From an uncultured virus (IMG/VR IMGVR_UViG_3300020037_010720) (Duplodnaviria > Heunggongvirae > Uroviricota > Caudoviricetes): a DNA stretch of 64,000 nucleotides. Positions within the stretch are counted from its first letter, which is position 1. Every line of letters begins with the position of its first letter. A program made the position numbers and the translations under genes. The stretch lies in IMG/VR virus record IMGVR_UViG_3300020037_010720; one strand, given 5' to 3'. Positions 34,063-43,595 of this stretch are shown here, in pieces. The notes beneath the pieces are model-generated. The model was given only the letters and a program-made list of their open reading frames with translations, was not told where the DNA came from and made no database searches.

Positions 34063-35048
34063 CCGACCACACCATCGAAGCGCCGAAGACCATCGGCATC
34101 GTCACCGATATCGCCAACATCGACGCCGCGGTCCTCGCGGCGTTCTACGCGCATCGGAATTTCTCGCTGACCTCGACAGCCCTGCAGCGCCGGCTGGACC
34201 GGCTCCACGTGCTCAAGGACGGCCGGGGTCGAGCGCTCGGCAAGGAGGTCAGCAGGACCGCCAAGGAGTACGACGTCCACGAGACGGGCGAGCCGTATCA
34301 GAGCTACCTGGCCGCGCTTTCGCAGGTCCAGCCGCACCTCAAAGACCCGGCCTCGATGCCGATGGCTGCGCTCAACGAGGTCCTCGCGTTCGCCCCGGCG
34401 ACGCACCGGCTCTACGAGGCCCACAAGGCCGCTGTGAAGGCGAAGAAGGCCGAGATGGACCGGCTCGGCTCGAAGCTCTCGGCGGTCCAGGCCGCGCTGG
34501 AGAAGCACCTGCGCAACGGCATCGGCGCGCGTGATGCCGCGGCATCGAAGACGGGCCAGGAGCCGCTCCCGGGCATGGAGGCCGAGGTCGAAAAGCCGAT
34601 GGCCTGGGCGGACGACCAGACCCGGCAGGCCATCCTCGACACGCTGTCGATGGAGCTCCAGATCATCGGCTCCGAGGCGAGCAGGGCTGCGGCGGCGAAC
34701 GACGTGATGACCGGGGCCCGGGTCGAGCAGGACCGACGCCAGCACGCCGAGCTGCTTGACCAGCTCAACAGCACCGGGTTCTTCGAGGGACTCGAGCCCG
34801 ACCTCGAGGACGAGTCGGTGGCGCCGGCGCCCGAGGACGACACGGGCGAGCCGGACGTCGAGTTCGATGTCGAGGACAAGTCGGAGCCTGAGCTCGAGGA
34901 CCCGCGCGCCCACCCGGACCTGCAGCCCGCGATCGCCAAGACCGCGGCGAAGCGGGCGTCGCGGAAGACGGGGAGCGCGGCGGCCAACGGGCCGCGCAAG
35001 CCGTCGCAGCGTAGCGCGGGTGCGAAGCGGGGGCGCAAGGGGAAGTGA
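34059..35048 (+). CDS. hypothetical protein (coiled coil, acidic region, basic tail)
   Basis: 329 aa; strong GC3 bias. Confidence 0.75.
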   Translation: MTDHTIEAPKTIGIVTDIANIDAAVLAAFYAHRNFSLTSTALQRRLDRLHVLKDGRGRALGKEVSRTAKEYDVHETGEPYQSYLAALSQVQPHLKDPASMPMAALNEVLAFAPATHRLYEAHKAAVKAKKAEMDRLGSKLSAVQAALEKHLRNGIGARDAAASKTGQEPLPGMEAEVEKPMAWADDQTRQAILDTLSMELQIIGSEASRAAAANDVMTGARVEQDRRQHAELLDQLNSTGFFEGLEPDLEDESVAPAPEDDTGEPDVEFDVEDKSEPELEDPRAHPDLQPAIAKTAAKRASRKTGSAAANGPRKPSQRSAGAKRGRKGK

Positions 35049-35219
35049 ATCCGGGGCTTGGCGCCCCGTCTCATGAGCGGGGACAACGCTGCTGCTCCAT
35101 GCAAGGAACCCCGCAAATCGGAGACGTTGGAGCGCCGCGGCCGGCGGCACGTGCAGGGAGCGCGACAGCCGACCAACGTGGGGCTGGGTGACCAAGCTGG
35201 CCACCCAGCCCCAACTTCT

Positions 35220-36275
35220 ATGCGTGACACCATGCAAGACCGCCATGTGAAACCGCGACACCGCATCGAGGCGCTCATCCCGGGCTGGCACGTCGAGTCG
35301 TTCGAGGGGCTCACGCGGCCTGACTGGCTCGCGCTGCGCCAGAAGGACGTGACTGCCAGCGAAATCGGCTGTCTTTTCGGCGACCTGCGCTACCTGACCC
35401 CGCTCGCGCTGTACCACCGCAAGCTGCTCGGTGAGGCCGACAACCCCAACGCGATGATGATCCGCGGCAGGGTCATGGAGCCCGCGGCGGCCCGTCTCGT
35501 CGAGACCGAGATGCCCGAGCTGCGCTACGTGCCAGCGACGGGTCTCGGCCTGCTCACCCGCGAGGACAGCTACCTGCGCCTGCGCACCGACGACGCGCTG
35601 ATCAAGATCGGCGCGACCAAGGACTACCAGATCCGCGTCAGCGCCGGCGCGCTCGGTCAGGCGTTCTCGCGGCTTGGTGTCGCCATGCCCGAGGACTGGC
35701 GCGGCGACCCGGAGCGCATCCTGGCCCTGTCGCTCGAGCTCAAGACCGTCGCCGAGGGCGCGTACATGGCCCACTGGCGCATGGGCCCGCCGCGGCAGTA
35801 CGTGCTGCAAGCCCTGACGCAGGCCATGCTTGGCGGGGACGACGGCGCCATCCTGGCCGCGATGGTGGTGACGCCGTCGCTCTCGCTGCGCCTGCTGCTC
35901 TACCCGATCCCTCGCAACTTCGACGCCGAGCTTGGTCTCGTCGACCGGGCCCGCTCGTTCTGGGAGGACTTCTCGGCCCAGCGCGTACCGGACGTGCAGG
36001 CCAAGGACAACAAGATCGTGGGCGACGTGTACCCCGCGGTGGAAGGCCGCGTTGTCGACCTGAGCGACGAGCCGGAGTGGCAGGAGCTTGCGGCGCAGCG
36101 CGAGTCGGACCGCAAGCTCATCGCGTCGCTCACGACCACTGTCGAGGGCGCGGAGGCGCGGCTCAAGCAGCGCATGGGCAGCGCGCAGGAGGCCATCATC
36201 CCGGGCTGGGTCTGCACGTGGCGGCAGAACAAAAAGGCCCGCCCCCTCGTCCTACGGCGGAGGACAGATCGATGA
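35220..36275 (+). CDS. YqaJ/lambda-exonuclease-family recombination nuclease
   Basis: WLALRQKDVTASEI, GRVMEP, LELKT and YVLQ motifs; start uncertain. Confidence 0.85.
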   Translation: MRDTMQDRHVKPRHRIEALIPGWHVESFEGLTRPDWLALRQKDVTASEIGCLFGDLRYLTPLALYHRKLLGEADNPNAMMIRGRVMEPAAARLVETEMPELRYVPATGLGLLTREDSYLRLRTDDALIKIGATKDYQIRVSAGALGQAFSRLGVAMPEDWRGDPERILALSLELKTVAEGAYMAHWRMGPPRQYVLQALTQAMLGGDDGAILAAMVVTPSLSLRLLLYPIPRNFDAELGLVDRARSFWEDFSAQRVPDVQAKDNKIVGDVYPAVEGRVVDLSDEPEWQELAAQRESDRKLIASLTTTVEGAEARLKQRMGSAQEAIIPGWVCTWRQNKKARPLVLRRRTDR

Positions 36276-37414
36276 CAGAATTTGAAATCGAGGATGATGC
36301 GTATACCGGCGAGGACACGGACGTCGCGGACGCTAGCGCGTCGCCGAACTTCACGGGCGGGATCCAGGCCGACCTGGTCCCCACGGTGGACAAGGTCGAG
36401 ATCATCCGCACGCTCAACCCGCAGCGCCAGCGCGCGCGGCTCGACTGGTACATGGGCCAAGTCGACCGCATCATGGCCGCGTCGGCGCAGATCATCCCGT
36501 ACGGGTACCCGACCGAGCCCAAGCAGCGCAGGGCCGCTGTCGAGGTCGCGCTCATGTACGGGGCAGAGCTGGGCATGCCGCCGATCTCGGCGCTACGCGC
36601 CGTGTACTTCGTGCCCAAGTCGGGCAGGTGCGCGCTCCACAGCGACGGGCCGCCGGCGGTCGCGTTCGCGTCGGGCCTCGTCGTCGACAAGTGGGAGGCG
36701 TGCGTCGGCTACACCGTGCTCAAGTCGTTCGCCGAGGGCGGGCCGCTCCTGCAGAACCTGCCCGCCTCGTTCCGGGGCGCCGTGCAGCTCGTGGCTGTCG
36801 AGGCGATGGAGCAGGCGATCGCGGACCCGAACTACCACTGCGCGATCTCGCTGGTGTGGCGCAAGGGCATGTCGATGCCCGTGGTGTACGCGTTCGACAT
36901 GGTCGACGCGAACAGGGCCGGGCTGCTCAGCAAGGGGGGCGACACGTGGTCCAAGCACACGCGCCGGATGCTGCTCGCGCGGGCCCGGACCTTCGCGTGC
37001 CGTGACGCGGTGCCCGAGGTGTACCAGGGCCTCCCGACCATCGAGGAGGCTGAGGAGATCGAGGCGCGCGACAAGCCCGGGGACGCGACCTCTTCGCCAG
37101 ATGCGAAGAGCGTCGACAGCATCATCGCCGACGCGGGCCGGGCCGCGAACATGCGGGCCGCCGAGGACATCGAGGTCGCGCGTCAGCGGACCAAGGCCAT
37201 CCTGCGCACCAAGTACAAGGGCGCCGCGTCGCTCGCCTGGCAGGTCTGCCTGACCCAGCTCCGGGGCGGGGCCGAGCCCGACACGGCCGACGCGTGGGCC
37301 GCTTGCGGCCGGTTCCTCGAGGACATGGACCCGCAGGACCCGCGCATCCGGGCCCTGTGGGAGGCCAAGCAGGCCGCGCAGCCGCCGAGCGAGGTGCAGG
37401 ACCAGCCCTCGTGA
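36272..37414 (+). CDS. RecT-like single-strand annealing protein
   Basis: GAELGMPPISAL, AGLLSKGGDTWSKH.RRML.ARA...RDAVPE; follows YqaJ. Confidence 0.8.
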   Translation: MTEFEIEDDAYTGEDTDVADASASPNFTGGIQADLVPTVDKVEIIRTLNPQRQRARLDWYMGQVDRIMAASAQIIPYGYPTEPKQRRAAVEVALMYGAELGMPPISALRAVYFVPKSGRCALHSDGPPAVAFASGLVVDKWEACVGYTVLKSFAEGGPLLQNLPASFRGAVQLVAVEAMEQAIADPNYHCAISLVWRKGMSMPVVYAFDMVDANRAGLLSKGGDTWSKHTRRMLLARARTFACRDAVPEVYQGLPTIEEAEEIEARDKPGDATSSPDAKSVDSIIADAGRAANMRAAEDIEVARQRTKAILRTKYKGAASLAWQVCLTQLRGGAEPDTADAWAACGRFLEDMDPQDPRIRALWEAKQAAQPPSEVQDQPS

Positions 37415-38037
37415 GCTTCGAGGTCGGGCCAGCCGAGGACTTCGGCCCGCACCGGCGGGCCGTGTCCGTCGACGCGGCGAAGACCGCTGGCCTCGTCGTG
37501 GCCGACATGACGAGGTCCGAGGCCGTGACGAAGTATCGGAGTCGCAAGACCGGCGCGTACTACGAGCTCGACATCCAGCACGCCGCGGTCACGCGCGGCG
37601 GCGAGTGGAGGGCCGCGACGCGGGCGTGGGACCGGCCTTGGAGCGGCCCGATGTCCATCCTCATCGAGGCGCAGTACATCGGCGTGAACCCCCGCAGCTC
37701 GGCCAGCATCATCGAGTCGCGCACGCGCTGGGCGTACGCCTTCGAGGCCGCGGGCCCGGGCGACATCCACGGCCGGACGAGCGACCCAGGCATCATCCTC
37801 ATCTCGCCGCCGTGCTGGCAGGCCGGCTGGCTCGGGCTCGCCAGCTCGGCCGGGCGCGAGGCGCTCAAGATCGCCAGCGACCTGTCCGCAGAGACAGCCG
37901 TGAAGCGCATGGGCCTCTCCGGCCCGATCGTTGGTGATGAGGCCGACGCGTTCAACATGCTGCTGTGGTGGCTCGATCACCACCTGGCCGGGATGCCGCG
38001 GCGCTTCTCGACCGCGGCTGAGCGCGCGGCGAAGTGA
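37411..38037 (+). CDS. RuvC-like Holliday junction resolvase
   Basis: VSVD...TAG, ILIE and DEADA acidic motifs. Confidence 0.65.
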   Translation: MSFEVGPAEDFGPHRRAVSVDAAKTAGLVVADMTRSEAVTKYRSRKTGAYYELDIQHAAVTRGGEWRAATRAWDRPWSGPMSILIEAQYIGVNPRSSASIIESRTRWAYAFEAAGPGDIHGRTSDPGIILISPPCWQAGWLGLASSAGREALKIASDLSAETAVKRMGLSGPIVGDEADAFNMLLWWLDHHLAGMPRRFSTAAERAAK

Positions 38038-38495
38038 ATCGCCGTGCACCGGTGGCGTCCATGTCGGCCATGAGCGACGACATAGAGCGCCTTGACTTCT
38101 CTGGGGAACCGCCGGGCACAACCGAGCTCGAAATCCAGAGCGATCGGTATCTGATCCCTGACCCCGCGAGAGCGCGGCATAGCCGCTGGCAGCGGTACCG
38201 CGAGAACAATCCGCCGCCCGGCCTGCGCCCGCATCCGTGGCGAGAAACCGGCATGATGTTCGCGTGTGCGTTCGTGACGCCGATTGGCTTCACGATCCCT
38301 GACACCGTCGGAGTCAGCCGCAAGGCGGCCTACGAGGTGGCGTGGCGGTGGTACGGCATCCGCCTCGCGGTGGTCGACTCGGGTAAGGGCAAGACCGACC
38401 TGTTCGAGTGGCCGAAGATTCTCGACCTGCCCGATCGTGATCTGTTCCTCCGCATCGACCACGCGGTGGTCATGGAGGCCGTCGATGCAGGTTGA
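38034..38495 (+). CDS. hypothetical protein, paralogue of the next gene
   Basis: IERLDF..PPG; AW.WY..RLA; WPKIL. Confidence 0.65.
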   Translation: MNRRAPVASMSAMSDDIERLDFSGEPPGTTELEIQSDRYLIPDPARARHSRWQRYRENNPPPGLRPHPWRETGMMFACAFVTPIGFTIPDTVGVSRKAAYEVAWRWYGIRLAVVDSGKGKTDLFEWPKILDLPDRDLFLRIDHAVVMEAVDAG

Positions 38496-39102
38496 GCGAC
38501 TCGACTTCGGCAAACTGCCGCCGGGGTACCGCCTCCACGAGGGCGAGGACTGCAACGGCGAGCCGCCGGACGCCGCAGGCGTCGGTGGATGTCTGGCGAC
38601 GGAGTACTGGAGCACTTGGTACTGGGTCCTCGACAGCGAGGACGACGCAGGACCGACCCGCCGCGACAGGGCCGTCGCAATCGCCGATGCGTGGGCGCAC
38701 TACAAGGCCCGCAACGACCCACCGGGGCTGCAGACGTTCGTCAGCGCAGAGCGGTCCTGGTGGCGCGCTGCGTTTCCGGGCCATTACCACGCCGGCACTA
38801 GCCACCCCACGCAGGCAGAGGCCCGCGCCGCCGCCTGGGCCTGGTACGAGCGCCGCCTCGCGCTCGCGGATGCCCTCGAAGCTCTGGTGAACGCTCTACT
38901 GGAGAGGGCACGCGCGGGGCTAGCCGGTCAGCGCGAACTTCAGCCCGCGGACGAGACGGCCGCCAGGCTTGCGCTGGAGGCTGCGCTCCCCAGCCACGTG
39001 AGCATGTTCGACCTGTGGCCGCGCATCCTGACCTGGACCGACGAGCAGGTCGCCGAGGTCGAGCGGCGCATCGCCACGCTCCCAGAGGTGCTCCGTGCGT
39101 GA
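38485..39102 (+). CDS. hypothetical protein, paralogue of the previous gene
   Basis: VERLDF..PPG; AWAWYERRLA; WPRIL; GGAGG RBS. Confidence 0.7.
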   Translation: MQVERLDFGKLPPGYRLHEGEDCNGEPPDAAGVGGCLATEYWSTWYWVLDSEDDAGPTRRDRAVAIADAWAHYKARNDPPGLQTFVSAERSWWRAAFPGHYHAGTSHPTQAEARAAAWAWYERRLALADALEALVNALLERARAGLAGQRELQPADETAARLALEAALPSHVSMFDLWPRILTWTDEQVAEVERRIATLPEVLRA

Positions 39103-39547
39103 GCGGCGACCAGACCCGCAAGCCGGCGAGCTGTGGCGCAGCAAGGTCGCCGCCGGCGGGACCTGGCGCGTGCTGGGTCCCTGCCACAACCCCAGGTTCT
39201 GGAACCTGGCGCGCACCGATGCGACGGGGGCCAAGTCGATCACGAAGCAGCGGCTCTTCGCGGGATACGTGCGGATCGAGGAGGCCCCACCGGACCCGCG
39301 CTACAGCCTGTGCATCTGCCCGGGCTGCGGGTGGACCGGGCCCAAGCGTCCGCTCGAGGAGGACAAGGACGACGAGAGCGCCGCCGAGTCGTTCTGCACC
39401 GCCTGCGGCTACGAGGTCCAGGGCGAGCCGTCTCGGCTGCCCAGCGTGGCCGAGCTCCGCGATGGCCTCGCTGGCGGTGGGTGGTCGCAGGTCGACCTGG
39501 GCAAGTTCGTGCCGGCCCTCATCAAGGCGCTCAAACACCATGGGTAA
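39095..39547 (+). CDS. zinc-ribbon protein
   Basis: CPGCG...CTACG. Confidence 0.65.
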   Translation: MRERRPDPQAGELWRSKVAAGGTWRVLGPCHNPRFWNLARTDATGAKSITKQRLFAGYVRIEEAPPDPRYSLCICPGCGWTGPKRPLEEDKDDESAAESFCTACGYEVQGEPSRLPSVAELRDGLAGGGWSQVDLGKFVPALIKALKHHG

Positions 39548-39770
39548 AGCCACGAAAGCCATGGTCGCGCAGGGCAAGGATGTACCGCAGGCCGCGGTCG
39601 ACGCGGCGCTTGCCTGCATGGGCGAGCCCTTCACGCACGCCGACATCGTCAACGCGTTCATCGGCGCCGGCTTCCCGTTCGCGGTGACCGCGGCCGACCT
39701 GCTCATCGCCCGGGAGAAGCGCGCGAAGCGGATCGTCAGGGTCAACGGGAAGGGCTGGCGACCAGCATGA
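39540..39770 (+). CDS. small hypothetical protein
   Basis: 76 aa; coupled to neighbours. Confidence 0.55.
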   Translation: MGKATKAMVAQGKDVPQAAVDAALACMGEPFTHADIVNAFIGAGFPFAVTAADLLIAREKRAKRIVRVNGKGWRPA

Positions 39771-40633
39771 GGGCGCGACGCGGCGGGCCTGCCCCGCTCC
39801 TGCTCTTCGAGGCCGACCGCGAGGCAGCGGAGGCCGAGACCCAGCGCCTCGCCGCCGAGCTGGTCCAGCACGACCGCATGCGCGTGCACGAGGCCGACCT
39901 ATCCCCGCCCGACATGGCCGGGCAGTCGTGCTGGGCGATCGAGACCGTCATGGGCGGGCGGTGGGACGACAAGGGCCCCGCACGGGTGCTCGAGCCGACC
40001 TGCGGCGCTGGCGTCTTCGCTGCGGCTGCGCGGGCACAGTGGCCCCACGCCGAGGTGGTCGGAGTTGAGGCCCGAGGCGAGGAAGAGCAGCACGTCGCGG
40101 CGAATTGCCACCGCTACTGGATCGGAGACACCTTCGCTGCGCCCCAGACGATCGCGGAGCCGGAGTCCTACGACCTCGTCATCACCAACCCGCCGTTCTC
40201 GCTGATCGTCGAGTTGCTCCCGTACTGCCTGACGCTCGTCCGCCCGGGCGGCCTGGTTGTGTTCGTCTGCCGCCTGACCTGGGGCGACAAGCCGGAGGCT
40301 GACCGTCTGTGGCGCTTCCCCTTCGCGCTCAGCACCTTCGAATTCGCGGGACGCTGGCGCTTCCGGGTGGGCATCAACCCGAAGACGGGGAAGAAATACG
40401 GGGTCGACAGCGTGGGCTACCGGCTGCTGGTCTGGCGGCGCCCGAGCGGGTGGATGGACCCCAAGCCGATGCAGATCCAGTTCATCCCGGGCCACCGACT
40501 CGACCCGCTCCCCGCGGCCTGCCGGCGCTGGCGCAAGACCAAGGCCGGGCTGTGGGTCAAGCCGGGCACCGAGTACCTGCACCCTGGTGATCTCGAAGCG
40601 CTTCCCGACGTGCCCTGGAGGCGCGCGGAATGA
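39767..40633 (+). CDS. DNA amino-(N6-adenine) methyltransferase
   Basis: VLEPTCGAG and ITNPPF motifs. Confidence 0.82.
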   Translation: MRARRGGPAPLLLFEADREAAEAETQRLAAELVQHDRMRVHEADLSPPDMAGQSCWAIETVMGGRWDDKGPARVLEPTCGAGVFAAAARAQWPHAEVVGVEARGEEEQHVAANCHRYWIGDTFAAPQTIAEPESYDLVITNPPFSLIVELLPYCLTLVRPGGLVVFVCRLTWGDKPEADRLWRFPFALSTFEFAGRWRFRVGINPKTGKKYGVDSVGYRLLVWRRPSGWMDPKPMQIQFIPGHRLDPLPAACRRWRKTKAGLWVKPGTEYLHPGDLEALPDVPWRRAE

Positions 40634-40753
40634 CGAAGAACGAGGCCATGCGGCGGGTCTGCGCCAGCGCGGCGGCCCTGCTCGACAACGACGGCGAGAA
40701 CCTGTGGGCGCCGCGTTCGACCGGCTGGTCGCCGAGCTGCGCCGGCGCGGGTC

Positions 40754-41014
40754 GTGAACATCGCGGCTCGTGGCGCGTCTGAGCTGGCCATGCGCAAGCT
40801 CAACACGTTCATGCGGAGCCTCTACTCCTTCCTGGCCGACCCGGCCGGCCACGTCACCAAGGCGTGGGCGACCATCAAGGCCACCATCCCCAAGACAGCG
40901 CACGAGCGCGACGACGTGCGCGACGCGATCGTCGTGTTCGACAACCTCTCCGAGGCCGTCGCCAGCTTCCTCAAGACCAAGGGCGAGACCGACGAGGAGA
41001 AGCCGACGCCGTGA
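40754..41014 (+). CDS. hypothetical protein
   Basis: GC3 bias; coupled to the next gene. Confidence 0.55.
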   Translation: MNIAARGASELAMRKLNTFMRSLYSFLADPAGHVTKAWATIKATIPKTAHERDDVRDAIVVFDNLSEAVASFLKTKGETDEEKPTP

Positions 41015-41337
41015 GCGACGCCGACGCCCGGGTCATCGAGAGCTTCGAGTCCCCGCCGCGCGTCGTCGACGACGAGGCGCGCGGGCTCGCGGCGGTGCGC
41101 CAGATCGACCTGACGCGCCTGCCCCCGGGCACAAGCCTGCGCCTCGACATCCTGTCGACGTCGACGGGCCGGTATCGACTCCGTGCCTGCGTGGGCACGG
41201 AGAAAGCCAGGCAGGAGATCGGCGACCGGGTCATGACCTTCGATGACCTCGTGCTCGACCTCCAGGTGTTCGCGGGCGAGAATCTCGCCATCGCGGTGCG
41301 TCGAGCCCAGGACGCGGGCGCAGGGATCCAGCTATGA
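41011..41337 (+). CDS. hypothetical protein
   Basis: GTGA overlap. Confidence 0.6.
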   Translation: MSDADARVIESFESPPRVVDDEARGLAAVRQIDLTRLPPGTSLRLDILSTSTGRYRLRACVGTEKARQEIGDRVMTFDDLVLDLQVFAGENLAIAVRRAQDAGAGIQL

Positions 41338-41738
41338 CCCCCCAGATCATCAACATGATCGCCGCAGCGACGCAGGACTACCAGCTCACGCCGGAGAAGG
41401 TGGAGATAGCGGAGTGGGACCGGGCCTCGCCGATCAACAGCGTCGCGGCCGAGGCGGTGATCGCCAGCCTGCAGGACCCGTATGGTCGATCCATCCCCGA
41501 GACCCGGCCCGTGCTCTTGCGCCTGCGCGAGCTCGACGTGGTGCTCGCGCTGCAGCGCTGTCACCCCGTGACCAACGCGCCGCTGTACAGCGACGCCGAC
41601 GTCGCCGACGTGGTCGAGTGGATGTGTCGTGATGTCCTCGCCGACCTCATCGCGCACCCGGTGAAGCTTCGCAACGCCCTCAACACCGCGCTGCTCAAGC
41701 GCCTCGGCGAGGAAGCCGCGGCCGAGAGTCAGCGATGA
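41334..41738 (+). CDS. hypothetical protein
   Basis: ATGA overlap; 134 aa. Confidence 0.65.
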   Translation: MTPQIINMIAAATQDYQLTPEKVEIAEWDRASPINSVAAEAVIASLQDPYGRSIPETRPVLLRLRELDVVLALQRCHPVTNAPLYSDADVADVVEWMCRDVLADLIAHPVKLRNALNTALLKRLGEEAAAESQR

Positions 41739-42031
41739 CCGAGTTCACTCGCACACCGGAGCATGAGAAGGCGGTCCGGCGCCGGTTCGCGGTCGCTCTC
41801 GGCGAGCTCTCGTTCGAATTCCAGGCCATCCAGCAGGTCGTCACCCACCCGGCCGGCTACACCTTCAGCTACTTGTTCCGCGAGGACATGGGCTGCTGGG
41901 TCGCGCATCACGATCACGACCCGGAGAACTGGCAGGGGCACGTGTCGGCCGGTGAAGGCGACACGCCCGAGGCTGCGCTTCGCGCCTGCTTCGCCGCCGC
42001 GCTCGAATATGACAAGGAGCACGAGGAGTAG
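41735..42031 (+). CDS. hypothetical protein
   Basis: ATGA overlap; 98 aa. Confidence 0.65.
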   Translation: MTEFTRTPEHEKAVRRRFAVALGELSFEFQAIQQVVTHPAGYTFSYLFREDMGCWVAHHDHDPENWQGHVSAGEGDTPEAALRACFAAALEYDKEHEE

Positions 42032-42034
42032 CTG

Positions 42035-42421
42035 GTGGGCCTCAAGCGCACCCGGCTCAAGTCGGAGAACCCTGAGCGCCGCGCCGAGATGCGCGCGCGC
42101 AACTTCCCGGACAAGCCCCTGATCACGCCGTGGTGCCTCATCGCGCTCGCGCTGCGCCAGTACCAGGCCGAGCACGGCGAAAAGGCCGTGCCGGCTGGTT
42201 GGTCGCCATGCTGGGGGCCGATCGACCCGGCGCATGTCGTGAGGGCCCGGGGCATGGGCGGCGTCAACAGCGACAAGACCCAGGTCGCCCACCTGTGCCG
42301 CGGTCACCACGACGAGCAGGAGGGGAAGACCCGGGCCTTCGAGGCGCGGTACAAGGTGGACCTCGCCGCCGAGGCAGCCCGGCTCGCCAGCGGAGCCACA
42401 GACCCAGGAGCGCCAGCATGA
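42035..42421 (+). CDS. HNH-like (Ref/DUF968-type) zinc nuclease
   Basis: DPAHV...RGMGG...LCRGHH; GAGGAG RBS. Confidence 0.65.
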   Translation: MGLKRTRLKSENPERRAEMRARNFPDKPLITPWCLIALALRQYQAEHGEKAVPAGWSPCWGPIDPAHVVRARGMGGVNSDKTQVAHLCRGHHDEQEGKTRAFEARYKVDLAAEAARLASGATDPGAPA

Positions 42422-42855
42422 CCGAGACCGACATCACCCCGCCCGACATCACCGCCGAGGACGTCACGACCGCCGAGCTCATCGTCTGGGCGGGCTGCAA
42501 GGACACGGGCCGCAGCGACGGCTTCGTCGACTTCTGGGTCCACCGCCGCGGGACCGAGATCGTCGAGGGCAAGATGGTGGGCCAGCTCGGCGAGCTCCTC
42601 CTCAAGGGCCGCATCGACGCCAAGGGCCACGCGGACATCGCCTTCGAACCGGTGAAGTGGACCCTGCTGGTCGAGTGGCAGCGCCACATGCAGGTGCTCG
42701 GCAACCTGTACTTGCGTGCCTTCGAGCTCATGGGCTGCTTGCCCCCGACCCGCGACGAGCACGGCCGGCGCTCCTACGTGCAGGTCATGACGCAGCGCGC
42801 TGTCCAGGCCGCCCAGGCCCAGGGCATCCAGACGATTGGGCTGGTGCGGCCGTGA
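42418..42855 (+). CDS. hypothetical protein
   Basis: AGGAG RBS; ATGA overlap. Confidence 0.65.
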   Translation: MTETDITPPDITAEDVTTAELIVWAGCKDTGRSDGFVDFWVHRRGTEIVEGKMVGQLGELLLKGRIDAKGHADIAFEPVKWTLLVEWQRHMQVLGNLYLRAFELMGCLPPTRDEHGRRSYVQVMTQRAVQAAQAQGIQTIGLVRP

Positions 42856-43448
42856 GGCACATGGTCCAGCCCTTCCCGTTCGGGAACCGCGAGGGCGAGC
42901 TGGTCGTGCGCGTGACCGACGTGCTCGGCGGCAACCCGATCGACGACGCGGCCGAGCTCGCCGCGTCGTACCGGAGTCACGCGCTGTACGAGCTCTGGCT
43001 CGATGCGGCCGACGTCGCCGGCGGCGGCGAGGCCCACAAGCTCGGGCTGGAGCTGCGCCGGACCTGGCGCGAGATCATCGTGACCGCGCCGGCGGGGGCG
43101 ACGGCGTGGCCGTTCTTCCCGACCCGGATCTACATCGACATGTCCGAGCATCTCTGCAAGCCCGCGCCGAGCATCGACGTGTGGCTCGAGGAGATGTCGG
43201 TCCGTCTCGGCAAGAACCCCGGCCCCACGGAGATCTACGCGATCGCGCCGGCGCCGGAGATGCTCACGTGGGACGTGCTCCACGCCCTCGACACGTTCGC
43301 CTCGCCGGAGGACGGGTGCACCCTGTACGTCGCCGAAGATCACATGGCCCGCGCGGTGCAGGCCAGCCTCAAGACCCCGCGCCCGTGGACAGTGCGCAGG
43401 CTCGGCGCGCTGCCGCCGGCGCTGCAGACACCAGGAGCAACATGCTGA
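42852..43448 (+). CDS. hypothetical protein
   Basis: GTGA overlap; GC3 bias. Confidence 0.65.
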   Translation: MRHMVQPFPFGNREGELVVRVTDVLGGNPIDDAAELAASYRSHALYELWLDAADVAGGGEAHKLGLELRRTWREIIVTAPAGATAWPFFPTRIYIDMSEHLCKPAPSIDVWLEEMSVRLGKNPGPTEIYAIAPAPEMLTWDVLHALDTFASPEDGCTLYVAEDHMARAVQASLKTPRPWTVRRLGALPPALQTPGATC

Positions 43449-43454
43449 GCATCA

Positions 43455-43595
43455 TCAACGAGACCGGCAGCGACCTGCCGCCCGGCGAGGCACATCGACC
43501 TCGACACGCGGGCTCTTCGCGCCGCAGTCGTCGCACTGCATCTGCACCCACGTGTCGCCGTAGCGACGGCTGGTGCTCGCGGCCAAGAGGCTCAT
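43455..43595 (-). pseudogene. truncated paralogue of 11016-11387
   Basis: GDTWVQMQCDDCGAKSPRVEV versus GDEWVQMQCDDCGALGPRVEV. Confidence 0.7.
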
